A DNA stretch of 63,931 nucleotides, filler included, from Hausera hauseri (Eukaryota): the NCBI GenBank assembly GCA_046269625.1. It is 10 parts of 10 records of this genome, joined end to end, with 100 filler letters (N's around TTAATTAATTAA, not from the genome) between each part and the next. Parts side by side here need not be neighbours in the genome. Positions count along the whole stretch, not along the records: positions 12,115 to 21,344 come from JBJURY010423253.1; positions 21,445 to 29,028 come from JBJURY010005456.1; 8 more parts are not named here. One strand, given 5' to 3'. A program made the position numbers and the translations under genes. Of the stretch, positions 12,231 through 23,792 are shown one piece after another (the first letter of the stretch is position 1; every line of letters begins with the position of its first letter). Under the pieces are notes generated by a model. That model had not been told where the DNA came from. It did no database searches and saw only the letters and a list, made by a program, of their open reading frames with translations.

Positions 12231-13439
12231 AATTCTCGCATCTGAGCAGAGATCATCCGAATGGGAGGACAACGGATCACTTATAAACACAATTGTATGT
12301 TATAATGTTGATCTTTCGACTAAACTATGCTAAACAAATCCAGTGGATTCGATGCTCCCTGTTAGGAACAGATAGGGTTCTGTCGGCTTATCGTGTATCG
12401 GGTAGATGAAGGTGTCTGAACCCGATCCTTTCAGGTGATTATGGTCACAATCCTGTCAAATAACATGTTCAGATAGTTCAGAAAGGCTTGGATAGTCGAA
12501 GACAGATGCGCGGGGTTGCGACTTTTTTTCCGGCTTCGGCCCAATAAAACATTATGTAAACGTGAGACCAGTCTTTTCGCCGGACTATCTATGAACCAGC
12601 CTAACTCTTTGGTGTTACGGCTGCTGGTTAGTGACAGCCGCTCACAAAGTGGACAGAGATCCAAAACAGAAAGAAAATAAAAATGAATGGACGAAAATAG
12701 AATGCAGCAAGACATGAACAAATCAAACAATACGGCTGCTTGCACGACATGGCATGCACACACACGGAATCAAACAGCATGAACGGAGGGAAAATGTTGA
12801 TATTTGACAGCTGAAGGAAACAACAAACTGGTTAAAATGTTCACCGACAACAAATGGCGGTTAAAATAACTGAACACTTTCTCGTTTGTGTGTTTTTAAT
12901 TAACTCTCCTGTTCAAAGCTCGGAGAAAGTGACTTGTTTCACGAGTTTCTTTAAACAGCAATCAAGTTTACAGGGACCGTGAATGATGGGTGCGATCTTC
13001 AACAACGGCGAATCAGAAACACTGCATCCAATATTCAATGCATAGAACTATTCGCCAATTTGATTTGGCAAGACGGGGTCCATTTCCTCAATGTGTTGAA
13101 GTTTGATTTTCTCGATTCTTCAAGAAAGCAAAACAACAAAGGTCAAGGTAGCTTCAAAGGTCGTGTTAGAATCTTCCACGTTTAATTTCACCTGCAATTT
13201 AATTCACTGCCATTTCGAGAAGGAATCGTTCATGGGACTTTACTGCACTGAAAAAACAATGGAAATGTAGACATATTTTATTCATCTAACAAAAATCATA
13301 AAAAATAAAATAATAGGAATTATGACACCCATTCAAACATTTACTGAGATGTACAACAATCATAACAAGTACATCATGCTATGTGATAACATATCAACTA
13401 TTTAAGACTACAAAATTAGTCAACATGCACCAAATATTT

Positions 13440-14110
13440 TAAAAATCTATTTACCGCCGTATGAATCAAAAGCAATATCTCGCCGAATTATACCAGGAAC
13501 GTATTATTATATCATATGCATATTTCATTTCAATGTTTGATCGTTTAGGAGTCTGTCGAATAGGTTCATCTTTTCCTGGTGTAATCCATCAACCGATTTT
13601 ATTGCATCGAATAAGCTTATGCAAATAGAAAATCTTTTCATCAATTGTAACTATATTTCTGAGATATATTCTTTCATTCAACGATTGTAACAAATCTGTG
13701 CATCTCTTTGCAGGTTTAGCTTTATTTTCGACTGTCGATCTATGAGACACACATTTTGTGTCAACCCGTTTCCTTTCCAAGTCTTCTTCAATAATCCTTT
13801 GAGCTATAGTATGGAATATGTGAACTTCCTCAGCAATCGTTTTAACAGTGAGACTGTTGTCTTCTTTAATGAACCGTTTTACCAATTCAGTGTTTTCCCG
13901 TATTAAATCGCTTTATGGTCTACCACTACCTTCAAGTCTTTCAAGCGAATTTCTCTGATTTTCCTTGAACTCCTTACAAATTGCCTGTATGCGGCGTAAA
14001 CTTAAACAATCATCTGGCCACTCATCTTCCGTGATTTAATGTATTCTAGTAGCTTTATAATCACATCTGTGTAAAGTTTCAATCAGAAAAGTGTATGTGA
14101 TCCTTCGTGA
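13440..14110 (-). mobile_element. Mariner/Tc1 transposase relic
   Basis: SGRP...VKRFIKEDNSLTVKTIAEEV (HTH), KCVSHRST (WVPHEL-like) and IVTIDEKIFY (first catalytic D); stops present. Confidence 0.85.
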
Positions 14111-15141
14111 CTTCTACAAAAATAAAACAAAAATGTCAATCTAAAACAACGATACAACGCAATATAACGACAATCTAAAATTAGAGCTTTATTTGTCGGT
14201 TTAAATTAGATTTAATTTAAATTTCACACAATACAAAATAGTGAATTAAACTTAAAAACAATACAAAACAATAAACTGCACATACATTATAATAGTTACA
14301 TATCCATACAGCTCTCCTCTGATTGGGCTCTACCTATTACTAAAAACATTCGATCTTGGCACCTTATCTTTGGTTTATAATAAACTAACCCAAAACCAAT
14401 AACGTAAAATTATTAAAATAATATTACAAATATCACCGATATTATAGTCAATTTTCTGGATATGTTAACCTGGTCAATGGAAACATTGATCTTATTTTGA
14501 ATAAAACAACTAGTAATGTCAAGCTCAAGAGTTCCGCTTTTTACCTTCGCATTACGGGACTAACACGTAAACATGTAATTTATTTAATTTAATATATCTG
14601 TAGGTCATTTGTCTTATGTTTAACGCAAAGATTTGTCCTGCAATAATCATCTCTTTTCTACAGATAGATTCAGCTAACATCTTATTAACTGATCTTTAGC
14701 TCCTCTTTATTCTTTGGTATCTGTACTCTAAATGTACTTTCATAGTCAACATTCATAAGATACCAATCAATAGGACTGTGATTTTTCTTTTCGTGTATCG
14801 TTCTGTCAAACACATCATAAGATTTTGCTTTTCATTTCTGTTTCCCTTTCATTGTAGAATTTTTAACTGTATTTCCATTTTTCAGGTATTCAATGTCACT
14901 GAATATAAGTTTATAATTTTGTAAATCTACTATTCTATTGATTTTTCTGGTAAGATTTTTACTCCAACATGCAATTATTGCAAACATGATTTTTCCGTTG
15001 TTAACGTGCCTCCACCTGGTCCCAAATCCGGGGTGAGAAAAACGGAAGGACAACGGGACCTCTGAAGTTACTAATATTTTTTATTAAGATGACAATTATT
15101 TCTGAAGCCAATTATCGGTGTATTAAACTTAGTGCTTCCAA

Positions 15142-15907
15142 TATTAGGTTGTCAAAATAGTTTCCGGCCCTTGCGAACTGATGGATCTACATTTTTTATT
15201 TTCAAGCCGCTTTTTATGGTTTGGGCTTCATTTGAAAACCCGTTTTCTATTATTATTGATATTCAATATTATTCGTCTATAGTTGTTTAGAATGGAGTTG
15301 ACTCGCGAAAAAAACGCTTATTATTGTAGTTTCAATGGAAATTGGACATGAATGCATCTGAAAGCACAGAAAAGATCAATAAAGTCTATGAAAAGAGAAC
15401 GATTGGCCAATCTAGAGCTAAGGAATGGTTTGCCAAGTTCTGAAATGACGACGAGATATTGGAAGATCAGCCACACCGAGGTCGACCGACAAAATGTGAT
15501 GATGGAGAATTTTAAGCCGAATTGGACATTGAACCTTCGTTATTCACACGATTTGGCAGCAGAACGTAGCGTCTCAAACGTGGCAACCTGGAATAATTTG
15601 AAGTAAATTGATTTTGTATACAAAAGTCCCGACAAGATCCACACGAACGCACCAAAGCTCAAGCTGCCAAACGGTTTGAAATTTGACGTCAGTTGCTCAA
15701 CAATCCATTAAATGATCGGTTTTGGAAGCGGATTATGATTTCGGACTAGAAGCGTGTGTATTTGGTCAACCACAATCGAGACAAAAAATGGGTTTTGAAT
15801 AGCCAAGCAACGCCGTCAATTCCAAAGCAAGATTCATTTGGCAAGAAAGTCATGCTGTGCGTCTGGTGTAACTTTGAAGGTGATTTGCATTTTGAGTTGG
15901 TCGAACT
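15142..15907 (+). mobile_element. Mariner element, left part (TIR and transposase pseudogene), 3'-truncated
   Basis: TA followed by a TTAGGTTGTCAAAATAGTT mariner-type TIR; EWFAKF...LEDQPHRGRP, FWKRIMISD and KVMLCVWCNFEGDLHFEL, then an abrupt end. Confidence 0.9.
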
Positions 15908-18434
15908 TCATACTACACATAACAACTGTATGACTTCTGCACGAATGTCGGTTTTAGTAATGTGGAATCCATGCACACACATTTTGAAATAACCGTATAA
16001 TATATAGTACAATGACTGTTGATTGAACACAATTAAACGCATATTTTTCGATTCTTACTAATAATACACGCTGTTGAATCTATTTCAGGCTTTTTGTATG
16101 TTCTTTCTTCAGATGTATTGATATGTAACTTAATTACCATCTTTCTACAGCTTTGCAAGTGGCTTCTTTTGCTTTTGAATTTCTTCTACCATTGTATTTT
16201 TTGAAATGTTTATTATTGTCAACTGAAGTAATTTCATTAAAAAGAAAAAAGAAATAAAAAGATTGCTGAAGCACCGACGTCTGGAAAGATATTTATATTT
16301 GTTTGTATTGAGTAGTTTATATTCTTTAGATTTTGGAGATTAACATTTATCATATTTTGCATGTGCTGAGAATGCTTTTTAAAATTGTTCTAAGATATTC
16401 TTGGATGTTCATGTTTGCCGCAAAACAGATGTGAATGAGAATTAAATGCCGATATTGTACGATTTCTCGGATCGTGTCTGTTTTTGTATAGGAATTTTTG
16501 TTACATGCTAATACATTTTCGTCAGAATAAAATTCATTTCAGTTTCGATATCGTATTGTTTTTTTTTCATTTTTGATATTCCACAGTATTACATAGTAGA
16601 CAATAAACTTATTGCTCCATTATCATTAAACAACAATTAGGTATCAATTCTAATCTTTAGTTGAATATAGAACACACTGTTTTACAAATACATGTTTCAT
16701 CCGTATTTAACCGAAAATCGACAAACTTTCCGGAATTCGTCAATCTTATTGTTGTGCCCAACAAGCGCCGTTTATTGACTTCTAAATACACTGTTATTGT
16801 TTTCCTTATTTGCTGTTATCTTTTGTTATCTTTTTCTGCCGACGATTTGATGCACTTTTGCAGTTTTATATCACCGTGACAAAATACAGCAACGCTTAGC
16901 CGCAACCGTCAGATCTGAACCACAACAACTCAGATTTACAGCGATCAAGAATCAAGGAATCTCTAAGATGTTTCAGGAGGCTTTTTGTTTCAATCGTCAA
17001 AGAAGAATACACCCTGACGTTTATAACCAAAACGCACTGATTCAATTACCTAACGCAGGCTATCAGTTAAACGAAATATCAAATATCGATGACATTACAA
17101 AATTCATGCTTGATGGAACAAGTCGCATAATGCTTCTACTGGTTGTACAAGATGTTGCTGAAAGTAACATCTCTGTGATGAAAACCAAAAGCAAAAAGCT
17201 AAACCATTATCCTCTGACACATCTCGATCTTTTCGATCTGACTTAAACATTCCGGATAAACGATTAATTATTGAGGCATAAAATTTTAAGTCAGTGGTCA
17301 AATTTAATTAATAAAACAGCAGTTTCATTTAAACTGGCGTCGTTTTTTGTATAAGGGATAAATTGGATTTTTCTCTGCTTTACTTGGTCTAGAATATTGT
17401 GGAGTTTTAGTTTGCTTTTAATACATAGGTCAGATTCTATAATTTCCTATTGTTGGCCAAGAAAGAAACAACCGATATTGACTGTAGACAAAATTCAGTC
17501 TAGAAATATTAAAGATATTGTAAAATCGTTTGCGTTGACAAATTAGTTAAAAATGTATTGAATTTTGAAATTTAAACAAATAATAAATTAGCAATTGTTA
17601 TATTTGTTGCTTTTATGTGGTTCATAATGATGGGATTATTTAAAATCCCTGACTAAACACAGAAACTTCACTCATCAAGTAATCGTTCAATACGATGTAG
17701 CTCGTCGTTTATAGCCTACTCTAATTTACTGTCGATGTCGGATATCCTAAAGTCGTAGCGGTTATTCTGGTTCGAATTTCTTGTCGTGAAATTTATGTAA
17801 GAAAATTGTGAGTAATTCTTCGTGTCTAACGGTTCATATACAGTCGTAAAATAAGAATTTTGCAATTTCGAAAATTTAGACCAATAGAAATTCAAATATT
17901 GAAATTCGAAATTTGTCACAGTGACTATCCGAGTACGTTAATCACCATCTTGCGACTTCGTGCAATAAATTTTAGATGACTAATATGGGTCATCTTGGAA
18001 TATCCAAATTTTATTTTTAAAATTTCCAATGTACTAATTAATTAGAAAATAGAACTTTATGATAAAATAAAATATTTTAATATTGAATTAAATTAAATTT
18101 TGTTTTACTTTGAGTTAAATTTTATTTCATATTACTTTAAGTTTGACATTGAAATATTTAATAAAATGTTACCAATTATTTTTGGTCTTTTATGGAAATG
18201 TATCAATTTTATCCCAAATTCCATATGAAATATTGAAATACTTAATCTAAATTGTTGCAATTTATTTCTGCTCTTATATTGAAATATACCAGTTTTGTCC
18301 CAAATTCCATTTGAACTTTACCTTATTTGCTTCTTTACCCGGAATTGGGAAAAATGAAAAAAAATATTCATATATATTTTCAATTATACATTTGTCTTTT
18401 AGTTTACCCTTTATTTAATGTTAACTAGTTACTC

Positions 18435-18797
18435 AGTTACTTTGCCGTCATTGGCTAACACATTGTGTATATTATAAAGAAATACAGGAGATACCCATCA
18501 GGGGTTTAACACAAACAAACACAAAAAGACGTTTACATATATACAAGGGTTTATTATTTATACAGAATATTAACATCCTCATAGCCAAATTTGTTTGAGT
18601 TGCACAATTTTGAATTAAAATATTATTGCCAATACTTTGTTAATTTTGAATCACATATGCTTTTATTTCGGTTCATATTTGTGGATTCGGAGTAGATTCG
18701 GATTACATTGAAATTTCGCGCTCCGCTTTGGGTTCGAATACATTGTGTCTGAAATTTTGATTTTTGTGTTTAGGCGGAGTTAATTAAGGAATCCTAA
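18435..18797. repeat. Diverged block shared with 22291-22635 (contig 4)
   Basis: Collinear TTACT..GCCG..TTGG.TAA, GATACCCATCA, TTTAACACA, TTTATTATTTATAC and ATTAAGGAA motifs with similar spacing. Confidence 0.75.
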
Positions 18798-19551
18798 CAC
18801 TTCTAAATCGTAAAATGTTTCGAAATTCGTTCAAATATCATAATTTATAGCAGTCATTAACTTCACATTGCTCACCAGTGTATCTACATGCATTTCTCAA
18901 CTAATAAATCCCGAGAGTTATTTCCTCAATGACACTCAGCGAAAGTTTGCGGAAGTGAGAAATTTTTTCAGCTATTACAGACGCATATTCTTTCAAGGAA
19001 TTCTTTTCTTAAAGCTGAAGTGTCTGCAATTTTTGCGGAATGACGTTGTCTTTTTGTGCCAATTTGACAATTCTTTATATTTGTTCATCACTTACGTCGC
19101 CGCTTTTAACTAATGAAGAGCCAAACGCATTTTCGAAAGTAATCTGATACTGACTGTGTTTCGAAACATTTTGTACTTTCATTTGAAGTGTCCATGTTTG
19201 TTTCAACTGCCCAATGAAACATAATCATCAATCGTGATTTATTAGCTTGCTTCGTATTATACTGGCAACCTTTCTTTGCAAAATGCCATATAAAATTTTT
19301 CATAGCTTGTTTTAAAGCTTTGCTTTACAAACAAAACCAATTTAATTTTAATTTAATAACACAATTTAATTTTAAATAACTCAATTTTAAATGACTTAAC
19401 TTAAAATTCAATTTAATAATTACGGATTAGCATAACATAAATTACAAATAAAAATTAATAACAAAAAACATAATTTAGTTTCTAAATACAAAATCAATCA
19501 CAAATATAACATCTTTTTCCGAACAAACAAACAAACCAATTTCAGAATCTT

Positions 19552-19809
19552 TCAAAACAAATTCGCACTTTCAAAGATCATGTTCAGCACGATATGCCTG
19601 GCAAAGAAGCCAAGAACGCAAGTGAAACTCAAACCAACAATTAATACAGGTTGTGAGAAATCCATACCAAAACAACAAACCGCGAAAAGAACGAAAGCGA
19701 CTGCGAGGCCCAATGAGCCGATCACTATGAAGAAACGATGGCAAATCCCGAAATACTTCAAAAAGAAATGTGATATATCCACGCGTATGTACCACATGAT
19801 GTCTATCAT
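19552..19809 (-). CDS. Putative small orphan protein with two hydrophobic segments
   Basis: 85-aa ATG ORF with FFIVIGSLGLAVAFVLFAVCCF and PVLIVGLSFTCVLGFF; GC content is higher than the flanks. Confidence 0.35.
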   Translation of the reverse strand: MIDIMWYIRVDISHFFLKYFGICHRFFIVIGSLGLAVAFVLFAVCCFGMDFSQPVLIVGLSFTCVLGFFARHIVLNMIFESANLF

Positions 19810-19982
19810 ACCTCCTACAGCCTTTTATGCTGTGTCGAGATCAAGTCCACCAACGCGAGCCACGACGACAAGATCGCCTCCATCGAAATGCGTTTTAAAA
19901 TGTGTCTTTGAACAATAAACCTTCTAACCAGAAAATTTTGTTCTCTATTACGTTTTCACCACTCATTTTATTCGACTGTCGT

Positions 19983-20760
19983 TTAATACTTATACTGTGG
20001 AGCCTGTATAAAGCTTTCGCACAAAAGAAAATAACCAAACTTTTTCGGATAAAGACAATAATTCATCTCGAAATCCATGTCCACTAAAATTGCATCGCCA
20101 GCTTGGAAAATATGAAATATTCGAATTCGTTTCTGTATCATTGTCTTGACTATCGATGCATCGTTATTTATCCCAACGTAAGGACCCCATGCATTTACAA
20201 TATAACCATCAAGCAACACTATTATCATTGGTTTAATAAGTGGTCTTGGCTTCTGAACACTATATAGTCGCTATTGTATTGTATATTTGCTGGATTTTTC
20301 GGTGTACAAGTACGTTCCATCAAATATAACAAATCAGGCTTTCATCGCTAACACCAAACAATTGCTGACATTGCTTTGATACATGCTGTAATAGCCTATT
20401 ACGATTAATTCCAAGATATTATAGTAGGAAGTTGTCTAGAATGTACTGTCTTGTTAAGCTGAGACATCTTGACACTACAATTCTATTTTCATATACAAAT
20501 GCTGCTGTGATGTAATTGTTATATAATCCTTATCTCATTTTGAATAAAGCATTCCAAGTTTCGTCCTTTTACTGTAGTCAAATCTGTTTCTGCTGCCAAC
20601 ACGAAAAACAAGTGTTGAGAAGAACGAAATTAAACTGCACCACATTTAAACCGGTCGGAAACGTCTTAAGCTGCTTCTCATCTCAGTGTAATAAAAAGTT
20701 ACAAGGATCTTTGGAATTTGCTTTGATAAGGAATTCTTTATGGCCTCATATTTAAACATT
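19983..20760 (-). mobile_element. PIF/Harbinger-ISL2EU-type DDE transposase relic
   Basis: LYSVQKPRPLIKPMIIVLLDGYIVNAWGPY...NNDASI...GDAILVDMDF (DDE_Tnp_4-like); decayed upstream. Confidence 0.75.
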
Positions 20761-21444
20761 TTTTTGCTTTAACCAACATTCGAGCTCTTAATGCTTATAT
20801 TTCACAAGAATATGCCCACCGTAATTTTTATGCCTTTTTTGAATCAATATGTGGAATCAATAGTGTGGGTGCATAACTCCCATAGGCTTATTATTACATG
20901 GTGGCGTTTAAATGCTTTGTTGGTAATATTGAACGACGTTTGAACAAAATCCGAAAGACGTATTCAATTATTTTAAAGCTGATGTTATTAATTCAAACAA
21001 TTTTCAATCAGTGACAGAGAAGGTATGGAACCACGTCCTTTCATTTTAATTTTTACTTCAATTGACATTATTTCACTTCTACACCCAGACTTTGATGCAA
21101 TTCTGTATAATCAAATACTTTTGTACGCTAATTAGAAATGTGCAAATTATTTTCCTTATTATGTGGAAATTTCTGAGTTCTGAATAATAAATTTTTATTA
21201 TCGTTACTACTGGTATACGTTATTACCCTATGTGAAATCAAAATATTTACAAAATTACATTGCTTCATTTAATAGACTAATGAGCATACGACGGTCAGAT
21301 ATTACACACAATTTTACACAAACCATTTTATATTTGGAAAGGATNNNNNNNNNNNNNNNNNNNNNNNNNNNNNNNNNNNNNNNNNNNNTTAATTAATTAA
21401 NNNNNNNNNNNNNNNNNNNNNNNNNNNNNNNNNNNNNNNNNNNN

Positions 21445-21521
21445 GATTCAATTATTATTTTCCTTTCGTCTCTCCCTTAATTTGGATAGGCAGCCTTTTC
21501 TGAGTGTAAATTCAGCGTGTC
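21445..21521 (+). repeat. 77-bp exact terminal direct repeat, left copy
   Basis: GATTCAATTATTATTTTCC...AATTCAGCGTGTC is identical to 28952-29028. Confidence 0.97.
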
Positions 21522-22290
21522 AGTTCAATTCTCCACATACACGAATATTTTCACAAAAACCCATTGTGGTAATTCTGTCTGGACTATTTAATACGCAGCT
21601 GATTGTTTTATAATTATGTATTTGTGTGCAGTGTATAACGATATGTATATATGCACATTTGTGCACGTGTATGTAAATATATTTGTATGTAAATCTGTGG
21701 TGGTAAGGCAAAGCAAATTACCTGCACCCTAGATCAAAATTAAAAATGACACAGTCTTTCATATGAAATTATTTCGATTCAATCATAAGAATTCATCTTT
21801 ACTACTAATAAGAAATACGCATGGATAATGACACGAAATCATTGCAATGTTGCATAATAATAGAATTCTATCGTAAACGTTTATTTATTCGATCATTTGT
21901 ATAAAGGCAATATTATCAAAATACTAAATGATTGTACAAATCGTTCGGAATCTTGTCAAAATAATAAGTGGCGACATAACTGATGTACACTCTACTTATT
22001 AATTAAGGAATTTGAAGGTGAAGAGTTTATAAAGTTTTGCATTTTATACATATTTATTACATTTTAATAAATCCTTCTCATATGCTAATTATGTCGTCGG
22101 AACCTTACTTCTGCTAATTTTATTGTAAGATGGAATCTGAGGAATGAAGAAACAGTACCTGGCACTTGCTCATTATACCACATATTGGTAATTGTACATC
22201 GTGCGGTACATAACGCTCGTTATCGCCATGTGTTTGTCATGTACTGCAATATTAACACTTGTGTATTTTGTATTTACTTAATTATTTAAT

Positions 22291-22635
22291 CATTACTCTA
22301 GCCGCCTTGGTTAATAATGTTTGTATAAAATGCAGCAGTGGTGGTGATACCCATCAATGGATTTAACACACATCAAAACTAGAAGGCATTCAATTATATA
22401 AACATCGATTTATTATTTATACACAGATATTCACATAGTCAGTGTTACTTGTTAGAACTGTAAAGATTTCGAATCATAAAATTATAGTTAATGATGTAAC
22501 TGTTTTTTGGATAACACAAGTAAATGTTATCGTATATTCTTCTTCATCCTGAATTGGTTTTGGTGTTTCGGGATCAAATCGAGTTATGGGTTTTTGGAAT
22601 TCGTATTTAGAGTGATTTTCATTAAGGAAATTTAA
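22291..22635. repeat. Diverged block shared with 18435-18797 (contig 3)
   Basis: GATACCCATCA at 22346, TTTATTATTTATAC at 22409 and ATTAAGGAA at 22621; overlaps the small minus-strand ORF 22474-22659. Confidence 0.75.
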
Positions 22636-23792
22636 CAAAATATAGGCTTTGGGATGCATTAATTAAATTGCAACTTTTTAAACCATCAATATTACAAATA
22701 GCATAATTCTGAAATTATTTCGGCAGATTTAAAACTTTGTTTCGAAAGTACTAAAACTTATATTCATTACCAAATACTTTAATCGAAATGCCCGATATCA
22801 ACAACAATGAAGGTACTGCAATAAGTGGAAAAGATATTGGAAATAACTAATTGGAGTTATTCACAATATTTGTCAATTCTAAAGACTGTTTTGTTAAATG
22901 AATGAAAGATTTTGCAATTTTTATTTCACTTTTATCTTATAACATTCAAAAAAATTGTTTGATAATAAGATTTTATGGTAAATACTAACATAAATTGAAG
23001 ATGTTTCATGATTTACTAACACTTTCATATTGCCATAGAATAGAAAATAAGTTTTATCGATAAGTTCAACATAACAATTAAATTTTTTGAAATTTTAATT
23101 GGATAAATTAAATTTTTACTTTAACAGTATATAAATAAATAATTGTTTGTGTAAATAATAATTTGAATTAAAAATTTATAGTGATTTATTGAGTATTTCC
23201 GTAATAGAATATTGATAAGTGAATGAAATGTAATAAATAAAGTAATTCGAACTTTATTATTTTTTAATGTTTCAATTTAACAACTTCATATATAAGAAGT
23301 TAAAATGGCATTTTTGCCATTTTTATTTATAATATCTATTTAACAAATCCGTGATAGTTCACGGAAGAAAGTTTACAAAGTAAAAATGTGTAAGGAAGTT
23401 CTTAAAGAATTAAACTTTCAGAATGGAAGATTATTCAAAGTATAATTGTTATTGCATGGAATAATTAATACTTGTTCTAATGAAAACATTTTACTGCTAA
23501 AGTATTGATAAAGATATTTCAAAAGATTCTGAACTTTAAAGATTGATTTGATTAAGGTTTAGCAGGTGAATATCAATTGATAAATTAATAGAAATTAAAT
23601 AATGATTGTAAAATTGTTAATTTTGGCTTTATTGCGCACTGTGAGATAAACTATAATTAATCTTTATTGAAAACATTTAAAATCTATCCTCATCTTTCAC
23701 AAGAATGAATATTATTCGTTCAATACAAAACTATAATAAAAGTAACAAATAGAAAGATACAAAAGTTTTTTATTGAACATAGAAATAAACTT

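Noticed and set aside
12431-13190. Possible host exons on the minus strand
   Set aside because: Splice-like signals exist, but candidate frames contain stops and no recognisable domain.
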